A DNA stretch of 63,552 nucleotides, filler included, from Octopus bimaculoides (taxonomy: Eukaryota): the NCBI RefSeq assembly GCF_001194135.2. It is 7 parts of 7 records of this genome, joined end to end, with 100 filler letters (N's around TTAATTAATTAA, not from the genome) between each part and the next. Parts side by side here need not be neighbours in the genome. Positions count along the whole stretch, not along the records: positions 1 to 23,392 come from NC_068987.1; 6 more parts are not named here. One strand, written 5' to 3'. A model generated the notes under the pieces. The model was not told where the DNA came from. It worked only from the letters and a program-made list of their open reading frames with translations, and made no database searches. The translations under genes and the position numbers were made by a program. This document shows, in pieces, positions 1 to 10,859 of this stretch (its first letter is position 1; every line of letters begins with the position of its first letter).

Positions 1-180
1 CGGTACCATTTTCCTCTTTCTCCGTTCTTCCATTCTCCGAACTTTCCATCTTTCCGACGAAGGGCTACGCCCGAAACGTCATACACTCTCTCTTTCCTTT
101 CCTGAGCGTCCAATAATACTATCCATATCACGTCCTCACTTTGTTGTTTTTTTGTTTTTTTGTTATTGTGTTTTTGAACT
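1..180 (+). repeat. Short dispersed element with hammerhead-like motif (subfamily H1)
   Basis: TTT-CCGACGA-A-GGGC-TAC-GCCC-GAAAC-GTC at 51-80. A sibling at 62286-62410 shares GAAACGTCA and the downstream CTTTCCTTTCC.GAGC.TCCA.TAA...TATCACGTC. Confidence 0.55.
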
Positions 181-199
181 ATATATATATATATATATA

Positions 200-603
200 T
201 TGCCAGAGCAGCTGTCTGGCTTCCGTGTCAGTGGCATGTAAATAGCACCATTTGAACATGATCGTTACCAGCGTCGCCTTACTGGCACTTGTGCCGGTGG
301 CACGTGAAAAGACATTCGAGCGAAGTCGTTCCTAGTGCCGCTGGACTGGCTCCTGTGTAGGTGGCACGTAAAATATACCATTTGAGTGTGGCCATTGCCA
401 GTACCACCAGACTGGCCCTCGTGCCAGTGGCACGTAAAAAGCACCCACTACACTCTCGGAGTGGTTGGCGTTAGGAAGGGCATCCAGCTGTAGAAACACT
501 GCCAAATCAGATTGGAGCCTGGTGTAGCCATCTGGTTCGCCAGTCCTCAGTCAAATCGTCCAACCCATGCTAGCATGGAAAGCAGACGTTAAACGATGAT
601 GAT
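200..603 (+). mobile_element. SINE-like family C (RTE-type 3' tail) with internal ~65-bp subrepeats
   Basis: Ends CCAACCCATGCTAGCATGGAAAGCAGACGTTAAACGATGATGAT; has four GTGGCA(C/T)GT(A/G)AAA units. Related copies lie at about 6310-6470, 6640-6690, 7100-7350, 7950-8070, 10370-10500, 13920-14050, 38510-38840 and 42180-42230. Confidence 0.7.
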
Positions 604-1792
604 AGTGAAGGGAAATATCATAGAAATATATTTCTATTAAATTAGTACTGACGAACAATTACCATATAATCAAAACATTTTAAACTTTTCTTTTTATATT
701 ATCATTCTCATAAACAACTTGTTCTGTAGCGAGGAAAGAAAAATAATTCTAATATCTCATAAAACAGAAAGACCTGCTTCGAAATCTTTTGCTCGAAAAT
801 ACTTTCGATGATCTTTGATGTAAGGGAAATCACTAGTAAATATATCTGCAAAACATCAAGAATTATGTCCCTTGCAACTCCGAAGAATAGTTTTATCAAG
901 CCTGTTTGTCCGACATCAGGGCAAATACCACCGTAACTGGCCTATCAACAGTGTATATACATTAAATATGATACATAGATGGCTATAGTTTGTAATGAAT
1001 ATATTCATGATGGAAATAATGACTTCTAACATAGACACAAGGCCACAAATTTATGCAGGGTGAGAATTATAGTCAATTAACTTAACTATAATACTTGAGT
1101 GATACTGTCTTCCATTGATTTCAAAACTGTGTAAGAATAATTTGATCTCAAAATGCAAAGAACCATAACCAAGTTTGGCATTTTGTTTGCTTCATGATGT
1201 AAATAATGAAAAACTTTAACATTTTATTTTTTCACTCTAAAAATGGAAATGTTATAAAACCTCCTGAACATCAAACACTTGGAAAATGATTTTATTTCAT
1301 ATTTTAATGAGAAGTNNNNNNNNNNNNNNNNNNNNNNNNNNNNNNNNNNNNNNNNNNNNNNNNNNNNNNNNNNNNNNNNNNNNNNNNNNNNNNNNNNNNN
1401 NNNNNNNNNNNNNNNNNNNNNNNNNNNNNNNNNNNNNNNNNNNNNNNNNNNNNNNNNNNNNNNNNNNNNNNNNNNNNNNNNNNNNNNNNNNNNNNNNNNN
1501 NNNNNNNNNNNNNNNNNNNNNNNNNNNNNNNNNNNNNNNNNNNNNNNNNNNNNNNNNNNNNNNNNNNNNNNNNNNNNNNNNNNNNNNNNNNNNNNNNNNN
1601 NNNNNNNNNNNNNNNNNNNNNNNNNNNNNNNNNNNNNNNNNNNNNNNNNNNNNNNNNNNNNNNNNNNNNNNNNNNNNNNNNNNNNNNNNNNNNNNNNNNN
1701 NNNNNNNNNNNNNNNNNNNNNNNNNNNNNNNNNNNNNNNNNNNNNNNNNNNNNNNNNNNNNNNNNNNNNNNNNNNNNNNNNNNNNNNNNNNN

Positions 1793-1844
<52 letters not shown>

Positions 1845-2355
1845 ATGTGTGTGTGTATTTATATATATACACATGCACACATATGCGCATGCATGCACAC
1901 ACACACGCACAAACTAGGAGGAACAACTCAAAAAGAAGTGGCTTTGTAGTTAAGAAGTTTGCTGGGAAACCACGTGATTTTTGGTTCAGCCCCACTGCGT
2001 GGCACCTTGTATAAGGGCCTTCACCATGCTCAAGCTACTCTACAACTTCTGGCAGATTTTGTAACTGTACAGAAGCCTTCCATCATTGTTCCAAAATATA
2101 ATTGAATGTTGTTGTTTAGCCCCAGATCAACAAGAAGCTATCTTGTTGAATAATTGCACCAGCTCATACACACTGACATCTCATTACATGGCAGAAAATA
2201 TTGTTGGGCAATGGTACTGTGGACCAACTAGATGATACTCGTGTCTGCCAGAAGATAAATGCCTTCTATCCTGCCTCCCTCTCGCTCTTACACTTTCTAT
2301 TTCATCCTATCAGAGAAACTGAAAATGCAAAAAGTGTAAAGTATGAGTTACTTAT

Positions 2356-2710
2356 ATACTCTTTTACTCTCTTTTAATTGTTTCAGTCATTTGACTGTGG
2401 CCATGCTGGAGCACCGCCTTTAGTCGAGTAAATCAACCCCAGGACTTATTCTTTGGAAGCCTAGTACATATTCTATTGGTCTTTTTTGCTGAACTGCTAA
2501 GTTATGTGGACGTAAACACACCACCATCGGTTGTCACGCGATNNNNNNNNNNNNNNNNNNNNNNNNNNNNNNNNNNNNNNNNNNNNNNNNNNNNNNNNNN
2601 NNNNNNNNNNNNNNNNNNNNNNNNNNNNNNNNNNNNNNNNNNNNNNNNNNNNNNNNNNNNNNNNNNNNNNNNNNNNNNNNNNNNNNNNNNNNNNNNNNNN
2701 NNNNNNNNNN

Positions 2711-2741
<31 letters not shown>

Positions 2742-2902
2742 ACAGGCTTATTTCAGTTTCCGTCTACCAAATCCACTCACATGGCTTTGGTCGGCCCGAG
2801 GCTATAGTAGAAAACAATTGCCTAAGGTGCCACGCAGTGGGAATGAACCCGGAACCATGTGGTTGGTAAGCAAGCTACTTACCACACAGCCACTCCTGCA
2901 CC
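2356..2902 (-). mobile_element. tRNA-derived SINE family A, full length, central microsatellite/gap
   Basis: Head GGTGCAGGAGTGGCTGTGTGG...GGTTCATTCCCACTGCGTGGCACC (A/B-box-like); body GACCAAAGCC...GGAAACTGAAA; central (TA)n plus N gap; 3' half ending CAGTCAAATGACTGAAAC...AAAAGAG. Confidence 0.8.
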
Positions 2903-3221
2903 TATATCATTTCTTCAGAGAGATGGTTAGCGTAAAAGGCAATGTGCAGTATGGGATATCTAGTGAGGATGTGACAAGTGGTGAGATGAAGGGCTGGCAA
3001 TGTTTTGGTAATTTATAATAAGCTTCATGATAATAAGTAGTTTATTTTCAAACCAGCAGAAAGCTGAAATTTGATAAAGAAGAGAATTACATTAAAGGAG
3101 AGTTAGTTTCTAATTTATTAAACAAAGAAGAATTGGAAAAAAATAACAAAATGAGACAGGAGAAACTGTACAGAAATAAAGAAAAATACAAAATCTTGGT
3201 ATATAAGAAAAAGAAACTTAC

Positions 3222-3364
3222 TGTACAAAAAGAAGACATCAGTTCTGAAAGTTCAGGAATTCGTCCATTAATAGCTTTACTTATTAACATTCTCGATGCT
3301 ATACCGTCGCCACAAAGCAACATCAAGTTGGCAATGTTCTCGCTTAACCACTGATCAGGAAAAC
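3222..3364 (-). CDS. FBXO47: FBXO47 exon 8 (last exon found)
   Basis: ttttattttag|...|gtaagt; 143 nt, phase 1-0. Encodes (S)FPDQWLSENIANLMLLCGDGIASRMLISKAINGRIPELSELMSSFCT, compared with vertebrate W..EN.A.L.L.G....SKA.NGR. No stop codon; the gene continues leftwards. Confidence 0.9.
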
Positions 3365-3747
3365 CTAAAATAAAACCATCATTTTTGTTTATATCATCAT
3401 CATCATTATTACCCTTGTTGTTGTTGTCATCACCGTCACTGTCATCATCGTCATCATTGCCACTGCCGTTGTCGTCAACTTCATCATTGCTGTTTTAATG
3501 TTCACTTTCCATGAATTGGACAAAGCTCACTAAGGCAGATTTTCTATTGCTAACCTTCACTTGTTTCCAAGTCAAGAACTGATGTATTTACACAGAATGC
3601 TGGAAATGAATCATATGTATGGCAGTGACACTTCCAACACTCACACAATATCAAGACAAGGAGACACAAACACACACACATTTATAATATGATGGGTTTC
3701 TTCCAGTTTCTGTCAGCTAAATCCACTCACAAAGTTTTGGCTGTGTG

Positions 3748-3781
<34 letters not shown>

Positions 3782-4694
3782 TACAGAGAGAGAGAGAGAT
3801 GGAGGAGCAGTTTGCCATTATAATGAAGTTCATGACCATTCTATCTCATTTAAGGAATCAGAATAGTCTTAAGAATTGCAAATGCTGGTACAGTAATGCA
3901 CCAGCTCCAGCACTCGATCCTCAGAAGAGGAACAGTTGGTAAAAAAACCCAACTGACTACTTTGAATTTGGTTTCTGGGCCTATCTTCACCTATGGTCAT
4001 AAATGTTAGATAATGAGTGAATGAGTGTGATCACAAATAACAAATAGCCCAAATGGNNNNNNNNNNGGCCTATCTTCACCTATGGTCATAAATGTTAGAT
4101 AATGAGTGAATGAGTGTGATCACAAATAACAAATAGCCCAAATGGAGTTCCTTCAAATGATCTCTGCAGCAATGAGCAATGTTATTCAAGAGGATGTGTA
4201 GCTTGGAGATCAGAGAGTCTATCCGGGTTGAGCCATTACTTTTCCTCCTTGAGAAGTTACAGCTCTGGTACTACTGATATGTGATTAGAATGTCACTGGG
4301 AAGAATTGCAAGACAGATTCTTTAAGCTGAGTCAACTGGCAGAAGAACAAGAGGTAGACTAAGAACAAAATAGTTGACTGATAGCCATCACCTCTGTTGT
4401 TCATGCTTGAGAAATCAGCTGGAAAGAGTAATAATGGTTGTTTCTGATAGGGTCCTACTAGAAGCAACTATCATTACCTTTTTTCAATCAATTATTGAGG
4501 CTCAGAAAAAACTGATGGGACTTGTCCTTCATTACTGATTAAACTATAAAAGAAAGGAATATTCTATATGATACAGAAAGCATTTGCTTCCTGGTGTTAT
4601 ACAAATGAAATGAATACTAAGAAATGAAAATATAAGATAGAGTGCACATTACTAGAATGAAGTTTAGATCTGTCCCAGTTCAATAAATACTCAC

Positions 4695-4853
4695 TTGTAA
4701 GTTCATCAACTACACTGACAGCATTGTCATTGGTCCATTTCTCATTATAGTGATACAGACAATGAATAGCATTGGCCATGTTACCAAGATTTTGCACTGA
4801 CTCTTCGCAATTTTCTGATGTGTTATCACACATTTCAAACCATAGAATTTCAT
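4695..4853 (-). CDS. FBXO47: FBXO47 exon 7
   Basis: ttttatctacag|...|gtgagt; 159 nt, phase 1-1. Encodes (N)EILWFEMCDNTSENCEESVQNLGNMANAIHCLYHYNEKWTNDNAVSVVDELT. Confidence 0.9.
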
Positions 4854-5621
4854 CTGTAGATAAAACAAATTTACATACCTTTCAAAATTTCATACTGATA
4901 AATAAATTATGCAACAAAGACATTGATAACAGTATCAACAAGTGTAATGATGATGAGGTTGACAGTAGTGGTGATGGTGACAGTGCTAATGGTGGTGGTG
5001 GTGGTGATAATGGTGGTACAGCTCCTGCACTGGTATAAGTCCTTAGATGAAAATAAATATCGTACCCATTTCACTGTTCAAAAGTGAATGTTAAGAAAAA
5101 TACCAGTTATATAATGCATTCCAACTAAAATTGATATCAGTTCACAGAACCATTTACTATAGCAGGGCTATAGTAGAAGACACTTGCTCATGGTGCCACA
5201 CTGCAGGATTGAACTGAAGATCACATGGTTAGGAAGCAAGCTTCTAAACCACACAGCCATGCCTATTCATAAATGTTTCACCTGAAGTATCATAATTTTA
5301 AATGCAGGCAGACATTGAATGTTTACTGAAGAACAGATCTTAAAGGTCACAAAAATGCTGGAGAAATAATTGCCCACAGTAATTTCCTCATTCTTTAATT
5401 TTATATATTTACATTCCTGATTTCTAATCTGATATTTCATCTACAAAAATATATATCTGTAGATGTGTTAGGAGTGTGTGTGTCTGTGTGGAGCATGTAT
5501 GCATGGTGTGTACATTCTTGTGTGTGTATGCATCTGTCTGTGTGTGTGTATGTATGTGTGTGTGTGTACACATGCATTCCCAAATGCAAAATACAAATAT
5601 ATAAAGTAAATACATGCATAC

Positions 5622-5792
5622 TTTGTGATGCTGGTCCATATAGTAAATACAATAACTTTGCTTGGTGCACCATAGGCCATGATTTAAAGATACAAGATAA
5701 CCAAAAGGATCTGGTCGTAACAAATTCACAGTGATCTAGGAAAACTCGCCGGAAAAACAAACGTGCATCACATTCCATTTTACTATGCAAAC
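5622..5792 (-). CDS. FBXO47: FBXO47 exon 6
   Basis: ttttcttactag|...|gtatgc; 171 nt, phase 1-1. Encodes (G)LHSKMECDARLFFRRVFLDHCEFVTTRSFWLSCIFKSWPMVHQAKLLYLLYGPASQ, containing the conserved FWL..I.K.WPMV.QA.LLY motif. Confidence 0.92.
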
Positions 5793-5989
5793 CTAGTAAG
5801 AAAAAAAAAGAATCACTTAAATATGCAGTTCTGCAATGGAGACAACTTTTATTTATTTATTTATTGAAGAGTAAAAGCTTGTGAAATCAGTCAACATTTT
5901 TGGAATAAAACAATCACAACTGGTAGAAACTATAATGTGTGAAATATGAGTTTTTGCAAGTTAATAAAATAGAAATAATCAAATAATCA

Positions 5990-6320
5990 AATATCTTAGG
6001 GTTGTGTTCATGATTGCTGGGAGGCAGGAGGCTGAAATGAATGCTAGACTTGCAAGTGTTGGTGCATTACTGCTTCAAATGATCCAGCATTCAACACTCA
6101 GAAGAGAAGTTGGTAAAAAAGCCAAACTTGCTATCTTCAATTCAGTTTTCATGACTATCATCATGTTGGGCAATGGCCAAAAGAATATGATTATGGAAAC
6201 AAGCAGCAAAAATGGGATTCCTTTGAAAGATCTCTATTTGACTAGGTGCATTGTTTGGAAATGAAAGAATCTTACCTAGTTGAGCAGCTACTTCTCCACA
6301 TTGAGAGGTCACAACTCCAT
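5990..6320 (+). mobile_element. RTE-clade LINE RT C-terminal fragment
   Basis: KYLRVVFMIAGRQEAEMNARLAS...RREVGKKAKLAIFNSVF...LLLHIERSQL resembles the RTE thumb/C-terminal region; degenerate. Confidence 0.55.
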
Positions 6321-6724
6321 CATTTAATGTCCGTTTTCCATGCTGGCATGGGTTGGACAGTTTTTTAGGGGCTGGCTAGGCAGAATATTGCACCAGGCTT
6401 CACTGAATGTTTTGGCAGGGTTTTTATGACTGGATACCCTTCCTAACAGATTGGACTGAGTGCTTTGACATTGCATGATAATTGTAAACGAGCATCACCA
6501 TCATGCAAGTAATGCCCCTTGTTTCCAATCTTCCATGAAAATATGTTTGGCCAGCCTTGCTTGGTGAGGGTAAGGACAAGGGCTGATGACAAGAAGGGTG
6601 CCAGGCCATAGAATACCTGAGTCAATGAATTCTATTTGATCCATACCAGCATGGAAAAGTGGATGTTGTAAATATGATGATGATGATGCTAAATACATGT
6701 TTGTATGTATATTGACAGCTTTTA

Positions 6725-6943
6725 CGAGGTGTGGCTGAAAAGTCCCTGGCTTTGGGTAAAAGAAAATACAGGAGGATGAATTAATTATGATATTATACAA
6801 CATATTCCCCTCTCAGATTCACACACTTATTTGTAGTGGTCCTTCAGTTTTTCTAAGTACTGTAAAAGAACTTGGAAGGTTGAGCCTCCAACCAGGCCTT
6901 TAGGTGATACCCTTAAAGCCAGGAACTTTTCAGCACCTCCTCA
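6725..6943. mobile_element. Mariner-derived MITE (~219 bp), TA-flanked
   Basis: Left TA-CGAGGTGTGGCTGAAAAGTCCCTGGCTTT; right (reverse complement) TA-TGAGGAGGTGCTGAAAAGTTCCTGGCTTT; no coding capacity. Confidence 0.75.
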
Positions 6944-7473
6944 TAAATGATGCAAGTAATATAGGTTGAGGGGAGCGAGAAATAGAGAGCGGGGGCAGTG
7001 AAGAATGAAGCTTATTTATGAAAGCTGATTTCAAATATGAATTCCTCTATTTAGATTTGTTTGAGGGAAGTTATATATTTATATTTAAATGGAATATTAT
7101 CATCATTATCGTCATTTAATGGCTGTTTTACATGCTGGCATGGGTTGGATGGCTTGACAGGAGCTAGCAAGGCTGGGAGCTGCATCAGGTTCCATGGTCT
7201 GTTTTGGCATGGTTGCTACAGCTGAATGCCATTCCTAACGCCAACCACTTTACAGAGTGTAATGAGTACTTTTTATGTGGCACCAGCACCAGTACGCTTT
7301 ACATGGCTCTAACACCAGAGCCTTTTATGTGGAACCAGCACCGACAGGGCCTTAACTGGTAGTGGGGATAGTACTGAGGGATGTGGCCTTCAAAAGAAGA
7401 TCCAGTATTTAAAACCTATAAATAGAGTATTAGTAGGAATGATTACCTGATGTTAATATGAGATACAAATTAC

Positions 7474-7660
7474 CTGGTTTAGAATTCAGGATTGTGCTAA
7501 CATTTCTTAAAGCACCAGTATGCAAACATATAGAATCAAATGCTCTTTGACATTCAGAATCATCCCATCCAGCAACCACGGTGTGAAGAAACTTTCCAAA
7601 GCATATCAAAGCAATACAATTCAAAGGATTCTCACAGTTCTTGGTATTCGTACAGATAAT
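7474..7660 (-). CDS. FBXO47: FBXO47 exon 5
   Basis: aattttatag|...|gtaatt; 187 nt, phase 0-1. Encodes IICTNTKNCENPLNCIALICFGKFLHTVVAGWDDSECQRAFDSICLHTGALRNVSTILNSKP, containing the conserved AGWD.EC motif. Confidence 0.92.
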
Positions 7661-8480
7661 CTATAAAATTTTCCAAAGATGATATAATAGAAAATATTTT
7701 TACAGAATATTTAACAATATGCATGCAAATACACACACATACACACACACACAATGCACACACACACACACATGCATGTACATACTCGTTTATACAAGAG
7801 ACAAATAATAAACTTGTATTAAAATGTGGAATCAAGATACCATCAAGAACAGAGAAAACTATTTCTTATTCAATCCCTCTCCCCTCCTCCTCCTAATCAT
7901 CATCATTATCATCATCACCAGTACCAGCACCACCAGCACTGCCACCACTATTTAACATTTGTTTTCCATGCTGCATGATTTCGTAGAAGCCAAAGAATGA
8001 GAAGGCTGCACCAAGCTCCAATATCTGCTTTGTCATGGTTTCTACAGCTGGATACCCTTTCTAACACAAATCTCTTGAGAGGGCATCAAAGACAGGAGAT
8101 GCAGCAGATGTAAACTTGACAGAAACATATTTCCTTCCATGTGGGCAAGATCGGAAATCTTGTTTTTACAGCTTAGGTAAGTATCCAAGTGAAGAGAGTT
8201 GTTTAGCATAATTCTTTTCTCCACCAAGCAGGGCCTGCATGTCCCACTGCTATTCATTTAAAGTTTACAACTCTCTGGTACTCTCCATTTGCTGCTAAAA
8301 ATTCATGGTGCTTTCTTTCAATGACCAACTTATGAGATCAATTGACAGGAAGAAAAAATATACAGTTTAGACCTCTGGAAAAAGTTCAACATAATGGATG
8401 CTATGGATAACATAGCTGAGTTACGGGGTGAAATGAAGGCTTCAATTTTGAATATATGGCCAGACTGTATCTATGACTTT

Positions 8481-8895
8481 GGTGTGTAGTTGGCCATTTG
8501 GGATCATATTTGGCCAGTAGATCTTCAAAATTTTTTGTAAACTTTTATTTTGAAACACCATCAATTTCTTTTCAATACTTTTGGTTGTTTTCCAACACTT
8601 GGATCCATAGAGGAGAACGCTAAGTATGAAGCAAGGAGATGGAAATGGCTGGGTCGAGTTTGTCACTATAAACTGAACTCAATTGTCAGGATTAGCTTGC
8701 AATGGGTTCCACATGGTAAAAGAAAACATAGCCAACGAAAGAAAACATAGCAGAGAACAACAACAAAAGATTTTAAACATAGAGGGTTAGCAATGGAACA
8801 AGCTGTCAAGGTTGCTTTCAATGTTAGAAGGTGGAATGATCTTGCTGTCACCTCAAGTGCCACAAGGCACAATGAGAACTGAACGAATGAATGAA
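8481..8895. mobile_element. 5'-inverted RTE LINE insertion with 15-bp TSD
   Basis: Minus arm 8481-~8628 encodes ILSVLLYGSKCWK...FQNKSLQKILKIYWPNMIPN. Plus arm ~8630-8895 encodes RRWKWLG...ISLQWVPHGKRK and ends in a (GAAT)n tail. Identical TGTATCTATGACTTT at 8466-8480 and 8896-8910. Confidence 0.85.
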
Positions 8896-9833
8896 TGTAT
8901 CTATGACTTTACAAGTTTTTCACAAGCAGAAAGTCAACATCAAATTCAGAAAAACAGTTGTAAATGATGTAAGGTTTGAAAAAGTGATATGTGGTTGGGT
9001 TGTTAGTCTCATAGAGGAAGTTTATCTAAAAAGGAGATGATGCTGTTTGAATAAGAGTAAGTTGAGAATAGAAATGAGAATGTTAAAATTCTACCATTTC
9101 CACTTAAATTGACTACTAAGAATATTGCTAAGTGGATGCCTTTAATGTCCACTTGCTTTTCATGCATTTTAATCATATGCATCCAGTAGATCAGGCTTGT
9201 CTCATTTCTTACCACCCTTTGCAGGCCTCCTGCATACTGTGCTCATATCTCACTATCATGCTGCAATCATACAATCTGCCCTTCACACAAAGAGAGAAAA
9301 CTTTTGTGGCCATCAAAGACCTCTGCTTGTTGAGTTTATTCCATATCTTTCTATATCTGCCCCAACCATGGTCATGGAAGTTATTCCTTATGTCTAATGA
9401 GTTGTCTAGGTAGTTAATGGATTTATTTTCAAGGAGTTTTCTAACAGCTATATGATTTAGTCTATCAATCCTATTTGAAGTCTTGGTTCTCTCTTAGTCC
9501 ATTGTTTATGCCAAGTACACATCATAAAGTTCATACTGATTGTATTCCTATATTCTGAGTAAGACCACATGCCAGCTGGTACTGAGATTTCATGCTGTTT
9601 ATCACTAGCTATCACACTGATATTTGTTGACACTTAAGGCATTATACTGTAAACCATATTTCAAGTTCAGAACTCTTTCTTAAACTCTTCAAACATATTC
9701 AACAAGTACCAGATCATAAACACAAAAGTTTCTGAGAACAAAATCACAAAACAGAAACATAATAATTAAAATGATAAAGAATGTAATGAATTAAAAAATT
9801 TAACTATCAAAATAAAGATATTTGTAAAGATAC

Positions 9834-9910
9834 CCGCATAAGGAAGTCATTCACAAACTTCAATCTATCTTTTGTGGCATACAGGCAAGTCGACCGCTTC
9901 ATAAGTAAAC
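9834..9910 (-). CDS. FBXO47: FBXO47 exon 4
   Basis: tttttaattgcag|...|gtatct; 77 nt, phase 1-0. Encodes (G)LLMKRSTCLYATKDRLKFVNDFLMR, compared with vertebrate GLLFKRCTLLLPTKERLK. Confidence 0.9.
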
Positions 9911-10513
9911 CTGCAATTAAAAATTAGCTTTGAATTTTCTTATGTAGCATTGATAAAAAAAAAAAGTCAGATATACTTTTATGAATAAATATACATAAAA
10001 ATGTCTATCGATTTTTTTTTTATTACATGAAACAGTGATTATACCTTCTAAAAGAAGATTAATTTTCTTTAGGCAGCAATGCCGTGGGATAATAGAATTC
10101 TAAAATAATTCAACTTCATTAGGTTTATACCTTGTATATCTTTTACTTGTTTCATTTATATACTTGAGCACTGTCATTCTCCAAGGGAATGTTGAAAGGA
10201 GAGTAATAAATGAGAGGTAATCGTTTTTCACATCCTCTAAGTTTAAAAAAAAAAAATCTGGCTGCAACTCAGAGGATGTAAAATTCTGCTGTTACTCATT
10301 TCATTTTCTCCTTTCTACCTTTTCTTGAAGAAATATTGGATTTTTCACTCCTTACAGCAAGTTCACTGCTGAGTGGTTAGTGTTAGGAAGGGCATCCAGC
10401 TGTTAAAATCCTGTCTGGTGCGGCTTCGGCATGGCCAGCTCTTGTGGTACCGTCCCACCCATGCTATCATGGAACAAAGATGTTAAATGATGATGATGAT
10501 AATGATGATGATG

Positions 10514-10557
<44 letters not shown>

Positions 10558-10859
10558 TTAAGGATAAAAGTCCAAATTTACAGGTAAAAACTCAATTAAA
10601 TTCAATTTATCAAGAATTAAAATTAAATTAAGTTTCACAGTATATAATATATAAATATATAATTTAGAGAAAGGAACCAAAGTTCATGAACTCATCCATG
10701 AAAATCCACAGTCACATATAGAAAAAATTAATAAGTAAATACACTAAAAAGAAGTATAATAAAATACAAAGTAAAAATCATAAAATCATAACAACAACAC
10801 TGATAGCAGCTCCAGTAACAACAATGGCAACAACAACCTTTTCAGGCCCAGAGCCCACT

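Noticed and set aside
230-450. Regularly spaced repeats resembling a CRISPR array
   Set aside because: Eukaryotic context, degenerate units, related spacers and no cas genes; these are internal subrepeats of a retroposon.
1224-2014. Long ORFs in the track containing X runs (also 15.3-15.9, 33.8-35.0, 40.2-41.0, 45.4-46.2 and 55.3-56.2 kb)
   Set aside because: Open only because Ns contain no stops.
3978-4145. Perfect 79-bp direct repeat
   Set aside because: The copies flank a 10-N gap, so this is an unmerged contig overlap. The same pattern occurs at about 52572-52680 inside a SINE.
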